Positions 11,938 through 24,217 of a stretch of 64,000 nucleotides of DNA are shown here, one piece after another. The translations under genes and the position numbers were made by a program. The notes below the pieces were generated by a model that saw only the letters and a program-made list of their open reading frames with translations, did no database searches and was not told where the DNA came from. Numbering within the stretch: the stretch's first letter is position 1; each line of letters starts with the position of its first letter. The stretch comes from Elsinoe ampelina (lineage: Eukaryota): assembly GCA_010093995.1 (NCBI GenBank), contig ML992501.1, positions 1,855,583-1,919,582 of the forward strand. The letters run 5' to 3'.

Positions 11938-14586
11938 CTAATAAGGACTATCAACCACGTCACCCCTCCCCAAATAACCCCCGTGCCTCCCCGCACTCTT
12001 CCTCACGGGAGTAGCCATGATACTCTCCCTCGTCGGCCTCTGCAACGCCCTCTTGGCCACCATCCCCACTTCATTCGGCAGAGCGACGACGATATTCTTG
12101 TCGCTCCCGAAGCGGAAATTATCGGCCTTGACTTCTTCCGAGTAGCGCTTGATGCTGTACGGGTCGCGGCGGCCGGCGAGGACTTTCTTAAGGGACCACG
12201 TGATGACAAAGGGGCCGGTGGCGGTGATGATGGTGGTCTCCGTGGCGTCGGGGCCGGTGTTGAAGCGGGCTGGGGTAAAGGCGAGGGGGACGCCGGTCTC
12301 GTGTTGGAACTGGGCGACGTGAGCGGGGGTGAGCCCGAGGCGGCGCGGTTGGGGTTTGGAGTCTTTGGCGAAGGCTTTTTCGAAGCCGAGCTTGCCTTCG
12401 TTTTTGCCCTCTTTTTGGAGGTTGTCGATGAGGAGGAGGTAGGTTTTTGTGGTGGCGAGGACCCAGCGGCCGTCGGCGGATGCGTCGAGACCAATGATGG
12501 GGTCGCCCAGGGCGGGGATGTGGGTTTTGGCGTTGATGCCGAGGCGGTCGAACATGCGGATGTCGCCCTTGGATGAGGCAACGGCGATGTAGCCTTTGTC
12601 GGTAGTGGCGGCGGCAGTGAAGCCATTCTTGGTTGCATACTGCTTGAGTTCTGAGTCGACAAGCTTGTTGCCGGAAAGGCGAGGATCGACACGATAAAGA
12701 GCGTTGTTGGAGAGACCAATGAAGGTCTGCTCGTCAGTCATCTGAGCGAATTTCTGTTTATGGTCAGCAGGAGCGCGAATAGATAGTAGCAGCCAAACTC
12801 ACGTTGTCCGGTGCAAAGCTGGTGATGGGTATATCATCGTGCACCTTCCACTCGTCTACGACCTTGCCGTACTCCAGATCCATTCGGTACAGAGCATTTG
12901 GGTCGTCCTCGTTCTGAAGGATCATGTTCTTGTCGCCTGCGTGCAACATGACCTTCTTCGGGCTGAAGAGCTTTCCCTTTGGCGTTTGCACCTTGGATAT
13001 GTTCGTCGAAAACTCCAAATGGTTGTCTGGTGTGTGCTTGAAGACTCCAATCTTCGATCCGCGGACCACGAATGACCTGTCGTGCTTTGCGCCGACAGCC
13101 AATTGACTGTTGATATTACCGTCTCTGTCTTGTGGGTCCACATCATCATCTGACTCGTCGCTGTCGTAGTGTTCACTGCGCGGTGCGGTGTCTTCCTCGT
13201 CATCGTCATATTCGTCTTCTTCGGCCTCATCTTCTTCCTTTGCTTCTGCTTCCCGCGCATCGTCCAGAACCAGGTCGTTGAAGGCGTCCAGTACGTAATC
13301 ACGCTCGGTATCCTTGGCCTTTAGCCACTTTGTCTCATTCAAGTGCTCCCAGAGAGCCTGCATGAGCCCTTCCTGGAAGCGCTCCTCGGTCTCGCGATCC
13401 TTGAATCGGAGCAACCATGAATAAGCGGATCCTTTGTCCGTGTAGTGGTTGAAGATGAACGAGAGATACTCGAAGTTGAAGACTGGGTTGAGCTCAGGAC
13501 CGATTTCCTGACCAAGCCATTGTTTGTCCTTGTTCGCGACATGCAGCCAGTATTTCCACCCACCGAGCTCTGTGACCGTGACATTGACTTTTGTGTCTTG
13601 CTGGATGAAGGTGCCGGACTGAAAGTCGAACAGATGTAGCTCCGCCTCCTCGTTTGCAAGTGTCTCGCCAGAAGCAATCTGCTTAGTCGACATGGGTGGA
13701 GCGGCAGTCGGCTTCTCCTCATAGGGTCTGAGAGGCGCCTTCCCGGCCGGCTCAATGGCCTTTCGTGCCATACTGCCGTCTACTTGGAGGATGTTGTTGG
13801 CGTTGCTGAAAGACCTTGCTCTAGGCGGTGAAGGTGACGCTCCAGGTGAACGATTCGGACTCGTGAGTGGGCTAGCTTGTGGTATTGGCTCGTCGTCTTC
13901 AAAGTCGAATTGCTTAAGGTCTTGTTCTGGTGCCGTGTCCCTGCTCTTCCGGTACTTGCGCTCGTACTGACACTGTGCTGCGACCAGGCTGAAGGCGCTG
14001 GCAGTTTCCGGCTTCACGGTATGATCGCAGACAAATTCGTAGACGTCGCCGTCGTCTCCACTAAGATCCAGCCAGGCGAAGACAATCTCTCCGTCTTCAC
14101 GCAAATCGGCGCGTAACCGCAAGCTCTCGTCGAGGAGGAATGTGCGTTCGTCTTTGTCCGGGTTGATTGTCCCGCCTTCACCGTCACTTCCGCCTTCCTC
14201 TTCTAAAAGCTCAGCTTCACCTTCCTCGTACGCTCGCTGGACGACAAGCTGGTATTGAAAGTCCTGACCGGTGCGCCTGATCGATGCTGCTGCGTCTTTG
14301 AAGATGAGCTCCGAGTATCCCTTGGGTGAGCGTGGGCGGACAATGTACAGCTGGCCTTGGGTGAGCTCGATGAGAGATTCCTTTGAGCCTTCGGAGCTAA
14401 AAAAGATTTTGGAGACTGGATAATTTCACGTCAGCATGTGAATTGTGGAAAAGGTTCTTTGACGCCTGTGACGAAATGCAGCGCGTGACGCGACCCTGTT
14501 GTCTTGCTCGATCGCGATGGATGATGAGGGGCAGTCGTTGGTTGTTGGTGGGGTGGAGAGGACTCACGAGATTTGAGAGCGAACAT
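11938..14586 (-). CDS. VID27: Vacuolar import and degradation protein 27; introns 14567-14416 and 12802-12754
   Basis: GQLYIVRPRSPKGYSELIFKDAAASIRRTGQ, NSQLAVG..DRSFVVRG, YRMDLEYGKVVDEW, RVDPRLSG, AKTHIPALGDPIIGLD; canonical introns keep frame. Confidence 0.92.
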
Positions 14587-15476
14587 TTTGGCGGTCGTTG
14601 TTGCCCTTGGTGAAGACTATGAAGACATTGTTGATGATGAAGAGAAGGTGAAAGGTAGCAGTGAATTGCTGCAGACAGTAGTGACCTTCTGTTGTGTCTT
14701 GCAGCTCTCCCCTGTCCCGTCGCGAAAGTGATTTCCTGTTGTGTCTTGGAAAATTGTGGGTGTGGCTGATCCAACCCCCTCGCCCGAAATCAGAGGGGCA
14801 CGGCCTAGGGGAAAGGCGGACCGGAGCGTCACACAATTGGCAGGCAACAGTGTAGGCAGAAGTTGATTTCTTCATCATCAAAATTGCAGCTCATCCATTA
14901 TATGTGAATTCTGACAGCCAGAGGCACATGCAGAGCTTGATGCTCCACAAGCTTTGACACTCTCCTCCCAAATTGCACCGACGTCAAACCGCATCTGTGG
15001 CTTCTTCCCCAGCTCGAAGCAGCACACAAAACAGGGCAGCAGCCCGCGTGTGATGAAGCAGTGAGGTCGACAGCGGCCAATCAAGGGTCCAACCAAGTGG
15101 CTGGATCAGAGGATCGTGACATTTTCGACGGGCAGCAAGATTGAAGCACTTTACGAACGACGATCACGCATGCTCATGCCGGTTGATGCAATTCCTCTTC
15201 TTGGAGCGAACCCCGACGTCTTTCGACCTCTATGAAATGCTATCTCGCGTCGAGAACATGCCAAATCCATGTATAGACTCAACCAGATCTCCATTTCAGT
15301 CGCGATCAAGCTCCCAAATCACGTCTTCCGAAGGCGTTTGCGGGGACGACAACCACACTGCCTGCCACCAACTGATATACGTGAACCTCAGTATAAGTAT
15401 ACCTCGAGAATCCATCAAGGTAGTAGTTCTTTTAGCTCTCGTCCAATCAAAAATCTCTGTGACGAAACAATCCACC

Positions 15477-16062
15477 ATGTCCCACCAAACAACGCCCAAC
15501 ATCGACTCCATCGTCGCTGCCAACGAATCCTGGGTCCAAGATTTCAAGCATGGTAATCTCCCCCTGCCGCCAGGAAGGAAATATGCCATCGGTATTCCAC
15601 AGATCCTTATCCTGATATCTGCCTTCCTCGATGTGGCTGACCTTTGAATAAGTGACATGCATGGACGCCCGCCTGCCCCCAACCAACCCTGCCTCCCTCG
15701 GCATCCAGCCAGGTGACGCCCATATCATCCGCAACGCTGGCGGCTCCGCAGTGGACGCTCTCCGCTCCCTGCTGATCTCGCAACACCTCCTCGGCACCGA
15801 AGAGGTGCTCGTGATCAAGCATACTGGGTGCGGGATGCTGACGTTTCAGGACTCGGATATCAAGGGATTGATCAAAGAGCGCCAGGGTGATGAAGCAGGT
15901 AAGGAGGTGGAGGGGACCAAGTTTCTGCCGTTCCCGGAGTTGGAGGAAGCGGTGAAAGGTGATGTGCAGTTCCTGAGAGATAATAAGGCGCTCAAGGAGA
16001 AGGCGAAAATCAGTGGGTGGATCTGGGAGGTGGAGACAGGGGCGTTGAAGAGAGTGGTGTAG
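15477..16062 (+). CDS. beta-class carbonic anhydrase (clade D-like); intron 15592-15652
   Basis: VTCMDARL, IRNAGG, HTGCGML zinc ligands; intron GTATTC..GCTGAC..AAG restores AIVTCMD. Confidence 0.9.
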
Positions 16063-16074
16063 AATTTTGAGGGA

Positions 16075-18568
16075 TCAACGGTAGATGCCGTGGGAACCGT
16101 AAATGTTTCCGTAGTAGTCCTTTTCTTCACCTTCACCATCGTCGTCCTGTCCCGTGAGCCGCACTACACGGATGACGCCGGGCCAGTAGCCTTCGACCTC
16201 CACGTCACTCTCTGTCTGTCCGAGCAGTCTAGCATTCTCCACAGCACGTTCCCATTCCTCTTTCTTGGCACTTCGCCATTTGCCTAGGTGAGTGATGTTG
16301 TCCACCCACGTCTCTGCCCTGTTCACGACAGGTGCCTTGCCGTTCTGACCAGTAAATTGCATGCCTGGCCCAACGACCTCCTTACCCTCCACCCACATGT
16401 CTCTCCGATCTTCGATACTTGGAAACATCATCTCTCCCTCATCACCAAAGAAACTAAAGTCGCTTTCCGCAGTGCGCCATAAGCTAGCACTATCCCTGTC
16501 CTCGGTCGTACTCTTGCCTTTCCACCCTTTACTCTGCTTTCGATCTGATGCAGATGAGACTACTTCAAGTATGATAGTCTCGAGTGCGAAAAGGCGTCGA
16601 GCGGCTTCTCGTCGATGTGCAGGACCACTTCGAGACGGTGGGAGGGAGTAATCTTTCTCCGACAGCTGGGTGGCCAGAAGTGCCTCGGAGGCGCAAGCGG
16701 TGATGAAGGTCTGGAGACGAGAGACAACCATATTGTCAGGACTATGGGATGGAAATGTCGAAAGTACAAGTGTGCGGAGATGCGGAGTCATTGATGGATG
16801 ATAGGTGGCAGGGTCGAGAGCGAGACGTCGTGCATGGCGGGTAGAGACGAGGGACGAGTAAGAGCGCGGCTTCGTTTGTCCGGCTCGTGGGACCTGGAGG
16901 GTTGTAGTTTGGGACGAGTTGTCAGGTGGTTGTGCTGACAAGTACGGATTATTTGAGCCGAATGTCGAGATTGTAGGACTCGAATGTGTCGGGTGGGCAG
17001 AAGACGTCTGCGATATCGAGGAGACGGTGGCTGACGCAGGCTCAGGGGCATAAATACTGCCTCTCTTCACTTGGTCATTAGCCTGTTGTCCCGCTGGAGA
17101 GGCGTCCTTGCTATCAATCTTCTTGTTCCTGAGAGGCAGTGGCACATGAGGATCCGATCCAGCGAGCTCATGGATGTTATTATCGTGAGGTAGTTCGGGA
17201 ACGTTAGAAGAGGCCTCCAGTTCAGCGTGTCTTGGTGGTAGATCAGGTGGGTCGTCCTCGACTGCTGTGTCTGCCAGTTCTGACCGGTCCTCTGCATCAG
17301 AATGAGGTTGAAATTCTGGTGGCTTTTTTGTGATGATCTCATGATCGATTTTCATGTACGTCAAAGTGTGACCATATTTTTTGGCCAAGGTAAGAGGCAA
17401 CTTCTCTGAGCCGGGATGTACAATTTCGTAGTCACCATTTGTGTTCAAGAGCTTGTTGGGTAAACGGGTGTCGGCACGAGCATCGAGCACATGCAGGCGC
17501 TTCGTCCGCAAGACAGCGGACATGCCTTCGACACTAAGATTGTTCTCCGAAATGTAGAGATGAGTAATACCACTTTCTGGTGCATCCTCGAACGCCAGCC
17601 TTGCGACGAATCGAGCACTCAAAGAACGACGAAGATATCCTTCAAAGCCATCACCTTGGTAGATTCGAAGCATGTCCGGACCAAGATAGTGCAGAAGGGA
17701 CGATCTTTCTCCGTCAGATCTATGTTGAGAATCATCTGTATGGTTGGCGTCGTGAGAAGTGAAGCAATTGCTTGTCAGGTATGTGACACTCTGATCTGTG
17801 AGCTTGTTGTTACGCAGGTCCAAGCTACGCACGCGAGTCGCGATCGCCTTTGCCAAAATTTGGACATCGTCGTCCTTGAGGGATATACCTCTCAGCTTCA
17901 GGACTTGGAGGCCAGCAAAGTTGGACAGTTGAGCCAAGACCTGCCGGTCTTTGGCTGGGTAGGTATATGACAAGTCAAGATACAGTAATTGGTCAAGTCG
18001 CTTCAGTGCGGCCAATAGGCCACTTGTCGTGGCATTCTCACACTTTGAAGCATCCAGCAGGCGTAAGGCGAAGCTTTGTGGACTTGATGATGATGGGTCC
18101 TGACTCGGCTTTGGCCGAAGCGCTGTCAGAGCTCCATGATCGAAAAACGGCAGACCACGAACGACGAGGGTCTGAAGGTTCTCGAGTCGTTGCAGGACAT
18201 CCCGTAGCCATCCGTCGTGTGGACCATAGTAGATCTCTGCCGATGCGGGGGGAAGTTGTAGCGTGTGTGTGAAGGCGCGAACATACTTTCTGACCCAGGG
18301 CAACGTCCGTTGGAACTTGGTCAGAGCGACTGGAGGCATGTCAGTGTTTGATGAATGAAATGCCCAGTAAGATCTCACTGTATACTCGATCATTCTCGGT
18401 CCCAAAATGAGCAGCAGGATTACCCCATAGGTGAGGTGTGAAGATGGAATGCCACTTGCTGCAAACCAGAGCGGCGGAGCATAGATCGTTTGATGGGAGC
18501 CATGCAGCGACCAGATCCCAGGGATTGACTAAGGTGGCTGTTTCGTATGACGGTGGAGCTGCTTCCAT
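16075..18568 (-). CDS. F-box-like / leucine-rich repeat protein; intron 18378-18330
   Basis: LVAAWLPSNDLCSAALVCSKWHSIFTPHLW (F-box-like), LRR units LLYLDLS, LQVLKLRG, VRSLDLRNNKL, ITHLYISENNL. Confidence 0.8.
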
Positions 18569-19008
18569 GTTGACAGCATGGCGCAAAAGACGTTGGCAGA
18601 GTTTCGGTCGAGGTTGATGATGTGTTTGGGCATGTCTTTGCCTTCTCACAGCTCCGAAGAACCGCTGCAGGTGATGTCAACGCCAAGGAGACAAGGCGCG
18701 ATGGCTTGACGAAGCATTTGTGGCCCCTCTTGTCCCGATGACAAGATTTTGTGAAGGCTGATCAAGCTCTCTTGACCAGACTGCAAGTGACTACCAATGT
18801 ATGATTTGTGTATGAAATGAGCAATTATCTTCATGCCCACCTGTGACGTTCCTGATTGTGAACGAGGCGAGTTCAGCAGCCGATTCTTGGGCGAGGAACG
18901 ACGATCATGTCTGCTTCTGTTCTCAAAAGCCGACAACCAATCGCACGGTTTTCCACTTTGGGTAGTGCGGTCCTGGAACACTCCCACAAGTCCGCTTTGC
19001 TCACCATA

Positions 19009-19156
19009 ACGTTCTCCACGGGGAAACGAGCACCCCCCTAGAAACGAGTATGCTTGTGGACTTGTCCAATCGGATCGAGAAGATTCTAGGGTATAGCCCT
19101 ACACTTGGTGAGGGTGCTCGTTTCTAGGGGGGTGCTTGTTTCCCCGTGGAGAACGT
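19009..19156. mobile_element. 148-bp MITE-like element with 40-bp terminal inverted repeats (pogo/Fot1-like ACGT ends)
   Basis: 19009-19048 is the reverse complement of 19117-19156 with one mismatch; TA precedes the left end; each TIR carries two GAAACGAG-type direct repeats. Confidence 0.7.
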
Positions 19157-19641
19157 AAGTACTCCGTGGGAACCAGTGTCTTGGAAGTGCTTGTGTTTCG
19201 ATCAAACCACATGGCATGCATGTGCGGCACAAGCTGGACCGAAAAAGACATGCGTAATTGCCGATCATCAAAAGGAATATATCCGAGCAAACAGACGGCC
19301 CGACGTGTCAGAGTGTGTGCCACCGTCTGCCTCTTCGTTCCCCCGGAATTTCTCCACCATGTGACATGGGGCTGCCCCCCTCTTTGCCCTCTTTCGCGGA
19401 TACGTGTGCCATTGGCGTTGACTTAGCTTCGGATTTGGCTCTGTCCCCGCGATGCACGGCCATCTTGTTTCTGCCGCTCCATGGTCATCGGTCTTTCCTT
19501 TAGGCGACGCTAAACACGAGCAATGACACGATGCAGATCCTCCCCATGTATGATGAGACTTGAAAAGCTCTCGGCGCCCGCGTCTTTGTCTTTGCAAGAA
19601 TTTGCTACACCCCTCGAGCAAATCTCAACATTGCCACCACC

Positions 19642-21451
19642 ATGACGGACCACAAGGATCTATCGCATGCTGAGCATGTTCACGACCATGATCTTATTGC
19701 AGATGAGAAGCTCGACCCGGAGACGGCGGCTCACTTGCGCAAGCTCACCCCCGGGGAGCTAGCAATTGAGAAGAAGCTCAGGAAGAAGATTGATATTCTG
19801 ATCATGCCTCTTTGTGTTTTGGTCTACCTCATGAACTACATCGACAGGTGAGAAGCTCTGAAACGCGGAAAGCCTCGTGCTGACCCGCTGCAGGAACAAC
19901 TATGCTGCGGCACGTCTCCAAGGTCTCGAGGAGGACCTCAACATGACAGCTCAACAATATCAAATCGGTCTCTCCACGCTCTTTGTGGGTTATGTACTCA
20001 TGCAAGTACCCTCGAATGCCCTTCTAAACTACGCTGGTCGTCCGTCCTGGTACATTGGCTTCTTCACCATCATCTGGGGTCTGGTCTCGGCCTGCACATC
20101 CCAGGTCAAGACCGCAGGTCAAATTATAGCTTGCAGATTCATATTAGGCTTTGTAGAAGCGCCATTTTTCCCGGGAATACTGTTCTATTTGTCAAAATGG
20201 TATACTAAAGAGGAACTATCACTCCGCATGGCCATATTCTACTCTGGCTCGCTCATCTCAGGCGCATTTGGCAACTTGATCGCCGCAGGTATCTTAACCG
20301 GTCTTGCGGGTAAGAGAGGGTACAACGCATGGCAGTGGCTTTATATTGTAGAGGGGGCCATCACTGTCTTCGTAAGTGCATCATGTTTCAATATGGCAGA
20401 TTTGCTCTCCCACATTTGCTCACACTTTGCTCTCACATTTGCTCTATCAGGGTTGCTCCATCACATTTGCTCGATCATGGTTGCACCATCACATTTACTT
20501 CATCGCTCTCCCTTACCAATGCTAACGTACATCCAGTTCGGCATCCTGGTCATTATCATCCTGCCTGATTTCCCAGACACCTGGAAGAAGCTGTCTGACG
20601 AAGAACGCCATGTTGCCAACCGCCGCCTCGCCATCGAAGCGGCAGAAGCCGATATCGACGAGAAGGGTGGCATGTCACAAGTCAAGGGAATCAAGCTGGC
20701 GTTGACCGATCCAAAAACCTATCTTCTTGCCCTCGCCTATCACGGACAGACTGGAGCGGCAGGTATTCAGAACTACTTCCCGACATTGACACAGACGATC
20801 AACCCGAACCGCACCATTGCTCTTTTACTCTGCGCTCCTCCTTACATTTTCATGGTCATCTGGTCATTCATCCACTGCCGCTTCTCCGATAGAATATCGA
20901 AGAGGTTCTTGTTCTTCGTCTACCCAATTCCCATCACGATTGTCGGGTACTTCGGTAAGCACTTCCCCCTGATTTTCCCACCATGTATGTATCTAACGCT
21001 TTTAGTCTTCATGTTCGTCGAAGGATTTGGCGGACGCTACTTTTCGCTTTTCCTCCAGATCTTCGTCTTTGCCATGAACGGTACTATCTACGCCTGGATC
21101 TCTTCCTCCATCCCGCGTCCACCCGCCAAGCGAGCCGCTGCTCTCGCCTTCATTAACTCGGTCGGTAATGCCGCATCGATTTGGACGCCCTTCACCTACC
21201 GGCCGAAAGACGCCCCCTTCTACCGTCCAGCACTCGGTGTCTGTATCGGTTTGCAATGTGTCGCAGCTACTTGTGCAGTCACATTGCGATTCCTGCTCGT
21301 CTCGCAGAACAAGAGATTGGCCCGGATGGAAAGTGCAGATAGTGAGCTGACGCAGAAGGATATCAAGAAGCTTGAGAAGACAGCGCAAGTGGAGGGTGTC
21401 AGCATGGCCGAAGCTAGGGCTATGCAGAAGGGGTACAGATTTATCATCTAG
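19642..21451 (+). CDS. MFS transporter, anion:cation symporter (allantoate/nicotinate permease-like); introns 19848-19893, 20372-20536, 20955-21005
   Basis: KIDILIMP..MNYIDRNNYAAARLQGLEEDL, RFILGFVEAPFFPG..LSKWYTKEELSLR, WQWLYIVEG, LPDFP, PPAKRAAALAFINSVGN. Confidence 0.92.
20400..20500 (+). repeat. degenerate (CACA)TTTGCTC tandem repeat in MFS intron 2
   Basis: About seven TTGCTC/TTTGCTC-type units, several preceded by CACA. Confidence 0.65.
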
Positions 21452-21816
21452 ATGTCATGTACCAACAAGCTGTGCACACACAGTACATGTAGGAATGTCA
21501 AAATGATTTTGAGGACAACATTGCATTAAACATTACATCTAAATCTACTACAAAGTGGCAGCAGCAGCGAGTACCAAGTCTACTGAGGCGCTTGACCGAG
21601 CCTAACATGAAAGTATACCCAACAAAGGAAAAGAAAAGTCCAAAAAAATCCACAAACCAGTTGTCCTCAACGCAAACTTTTCTCCTCGACTCCGCGCTCC
21701 TCGAGCAAGCTTCCAAATCAACGGCGGCATCTGTGGCAATGCAGATCCACCACGGCTACCAGAAGCGAGTGTCGCCGCCCTCCAACCAGCCCTGGCAGCC
21801 TCATCCACACCGAGTT

Positions 21817-24217
21817 CTACCCCTCTAGAACGCCCGCAGCCTCAACATCAACCCCGCCAGTCTCCACCGGTCGCCTCGTGCCAGTCAAGAACGTGACCTT
21901 GCCAGTACGACACCCAAATAGATAACAAGGTCGAGGGCGAAGATGGATCCCAGAATCAGTGGTAGTAGGACCCACCACTTCCTCCTTGGTTTTCGTAGGC
22001 CTCCCCGCCATAACCGCGGGTACCTCGACACCAACCCGGCCAGTCTCCACCGGTCGCCTTGTACCAGTCAGAAACGTGACCTTGTCAGTGAAGCACCCAT
22101 GCGGACCGCAAGGGCCCAAAACCCGGATCGCAGAGCCAGTAGTAGTAGGTCCAGCCACTTCCTCCTCCCCGGTCCTCGTCGGTTCCCCCTCCATAGCCTT
22201 ATTTGCCTCAACAGAGACGGAAGGGTCAGTCATGGCCGGGACCTCCTCGGCAGTCCTCGTCTTCCTCCACATATCACCATCGTTACACCCAGGCATGATG
22301 CACTCTTTGCGCGGCAGCATCCCATTAGTTCCGGTAATCTCTGGCGCCTCCTCAGACCTAGTCCTCGTAGTCCTCCCCGCCATACCCCTCGCTGCCTCAA
22401 CGGAGAAGCCGGGGTCAGAAATAGCCGGGACATCGGTAGTCCTCGGGGGAAAGGGCCCATCGTTGCATCCAGGGAAAATGCACTCTTCGCGCGGCAACAT
22501 CCCATTAGTTCCGGTAGTCTCTGGCGCCTCCTCAGACCTAGTCCTCGTAGGTGCTACCCCCTCCGTGATCCCCCTTGCCTCGACAGAGACGCCGGGGTCG
22601 GATATGGCTGGGACATCGGTAGTCTTCGGGAACGGCGGGCCGTCGTTACACCCGTGGAAGATGCACTTTAAGCGCGCCACCATTCCGTCAGTCGGAGTAG
22701 TCTCCGCCATCCCTTCCTTGGTCTTCGTCGGACTCCCCTCATCTCGCTTCGTGAGGATCGTGATCGGCGCGCCGATGGACTTCTCGGTGACGGTGAGATG
22801 GTGCGTCGTGGCATGGCCGGGGATGGACTCGATGGTGGTGATGCGGCGGGTTTCGGGCAACATGGGGGCGGCGCGGTTGGTGATGACAGGACGTGGGGGG
22901 GAGGGGGGGGAAAGGGTGGGGGAAGCGGCGGGTGTTGTGGGTTGGGATGGGGAACAACATGGGGTCCCTGGTCCTGGTGCCGGTGATGAGGGTGATCTCA
23001 GGGTGGTCGGTGGTGGTGGAGGTCTCGGCTGGGTCGGTGTGGCGGGTGTTGTGAGAGGTGATGTGGTGCCAGTCGGTGAAGGTAGGGTGGGACCTGGTCA
23101 AGGTAGGATGGGACCGGGTAGGGTGGGACCTGGTGGTGTGAGGGAGGAAGATTTCGGTGGACTCGGGCTCGACCACGGTCACGGTGGTGGTCTCGAACAA
23201 TTCGCTGGAGGTGGTGTCAACGCCGAGGGTGGTTTCAATGATGGAGACGGTCTTGGTCGTCTCGGAGTCATCAGGTCGAGTGGTCGTCCCCTGAGGGTAT
23301 CTGACCGTGACGGTCCTAGTGTGGTCGTAATGGGTGGGAGTGGTCTCACGGGGAATGTCAAGTGTCAAGGTCAACTGGCTGGGGTCGACGGTGGTGCTGA
23401 GTCTCCCATCTGTGATACCGCCCAAGACCGTGATTGGTTCGTGATCGGTGGAGTGAACTATGACGCGGGGCTCACTGCTACTCGTGGTGTGATCGTTGGA
23501 CATTGTGTGATGAGTGTAGTGTGTGCGACGAGTGGTGGGTGGCTTGTCGGATCTCCTTGTGATGATTGGGAAAGCTGGTTCTGTGGTGTAGGAAAAGACT
23601 GAGGTTGACCAGGTAGGAGTAGACTCAGCATCGTCGGAATGATGATGGTGAGAGTGGTGGGTGTGGTGGTGGTGGTGATGATGGTGAGATGTGCTAGGCG
23701 TGGGAGTGGGGGTGGCGGTGTCAGTATCCTCGTCGGCGGTGGTGGAAGAAGTGGTGTGCTTGGGCTTGCGGTGTGCGCTGGGTTGAAGCCAGTCGGAAGC
23801 GACCTGGTCAGGGGGGTACGGGCTTGGGGCAGGGTCCTGGGAGAAGTGTGTGGGCTTGGCCTGGGCGTTCATCGTTGGCACCATGGGCGCAAACCTCTTA
23901 AGCTTTGTGCTTGGAGGTGGCTTGTCCGAGTTGGAGGGGGCAGCAGAGGAGTCGAAGCCAGGGATGGTGAAGACCTTCTTCTCTTCGTCGGTGTAGACGT
24001 TGAAGATGGTACTGCCGTCGGAGGAGCTGGACTGGGAGATGTTGCGGAAGGTACCTTGGTCCACAGCCCGCCCAACGTAAGCCTCCATAGCATCAACGGC
24101 TGCTTCGACAGGGTTGGTTGCATTCTCGACACTGCCGATTGGAGCAGCCACGACGAGAGGGCTGTAGAGCAGGGAGAATGCCATGACGAGCAATGCTCGT
24201 TTGGAGAGAGGCGCCAT
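21817..24217 (-). CDS. secreted Thr/Pro-rich protein with poly-His tract and CxxxxC repeats; one-base frameshift near 22895-22910
   Basis: Signal peptide MAPLSKRALLVMAFSLLYSPLVVAAP; ORFs 24217-22739 and 22863-21817 overlap, same composition, offset by one base at G7/G8 runs. Confidence 0.6.
21840..22700 (-). repeat. intragenic repeats: 3x CxxxGCNDG..VPAxxDPxxSVEA and 2x CxxxGC..KVTFLTGTRRPVETG
   Basis: Near-identical DNA copies, e.g. 22310-22370 vs 22490-22550 and 21857-21900 vs 22040-22084. Confidence 0.85.

Noticed and set aside
14398..14404. UUUUUUA run in VID27 as a second frameshift site
   Set aside because: Out of phase (AUC UUU UUU AGC) and no evident downstream hairpin.
16075..18568. 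LRR protein as the NLR partner of the PNP_UDP effector
   Set aside because: N-terminus is F-box-like; no P-loop NTPase and no amyloid-like motif.
21602..21830. Possible second frameshift extending the secreted protein past VLEG*
   Set aside because: Would need an added G at a 4-G run, and the downstream frame shows no repeat similarity; unsupported.
21840..22700. Cys repeats as a dikaritin/KEP RiPP precursor
   Set aside because: Units are long, not delimited by regular KR sites, and no DUF3328/UstYa-like gene is visible nearby.
21959..23602. 547-aa + strand ORF
   Set aside because: Antisense shadow of the repetitive secreted gene; low-complexity V/G content follows from the local skew.
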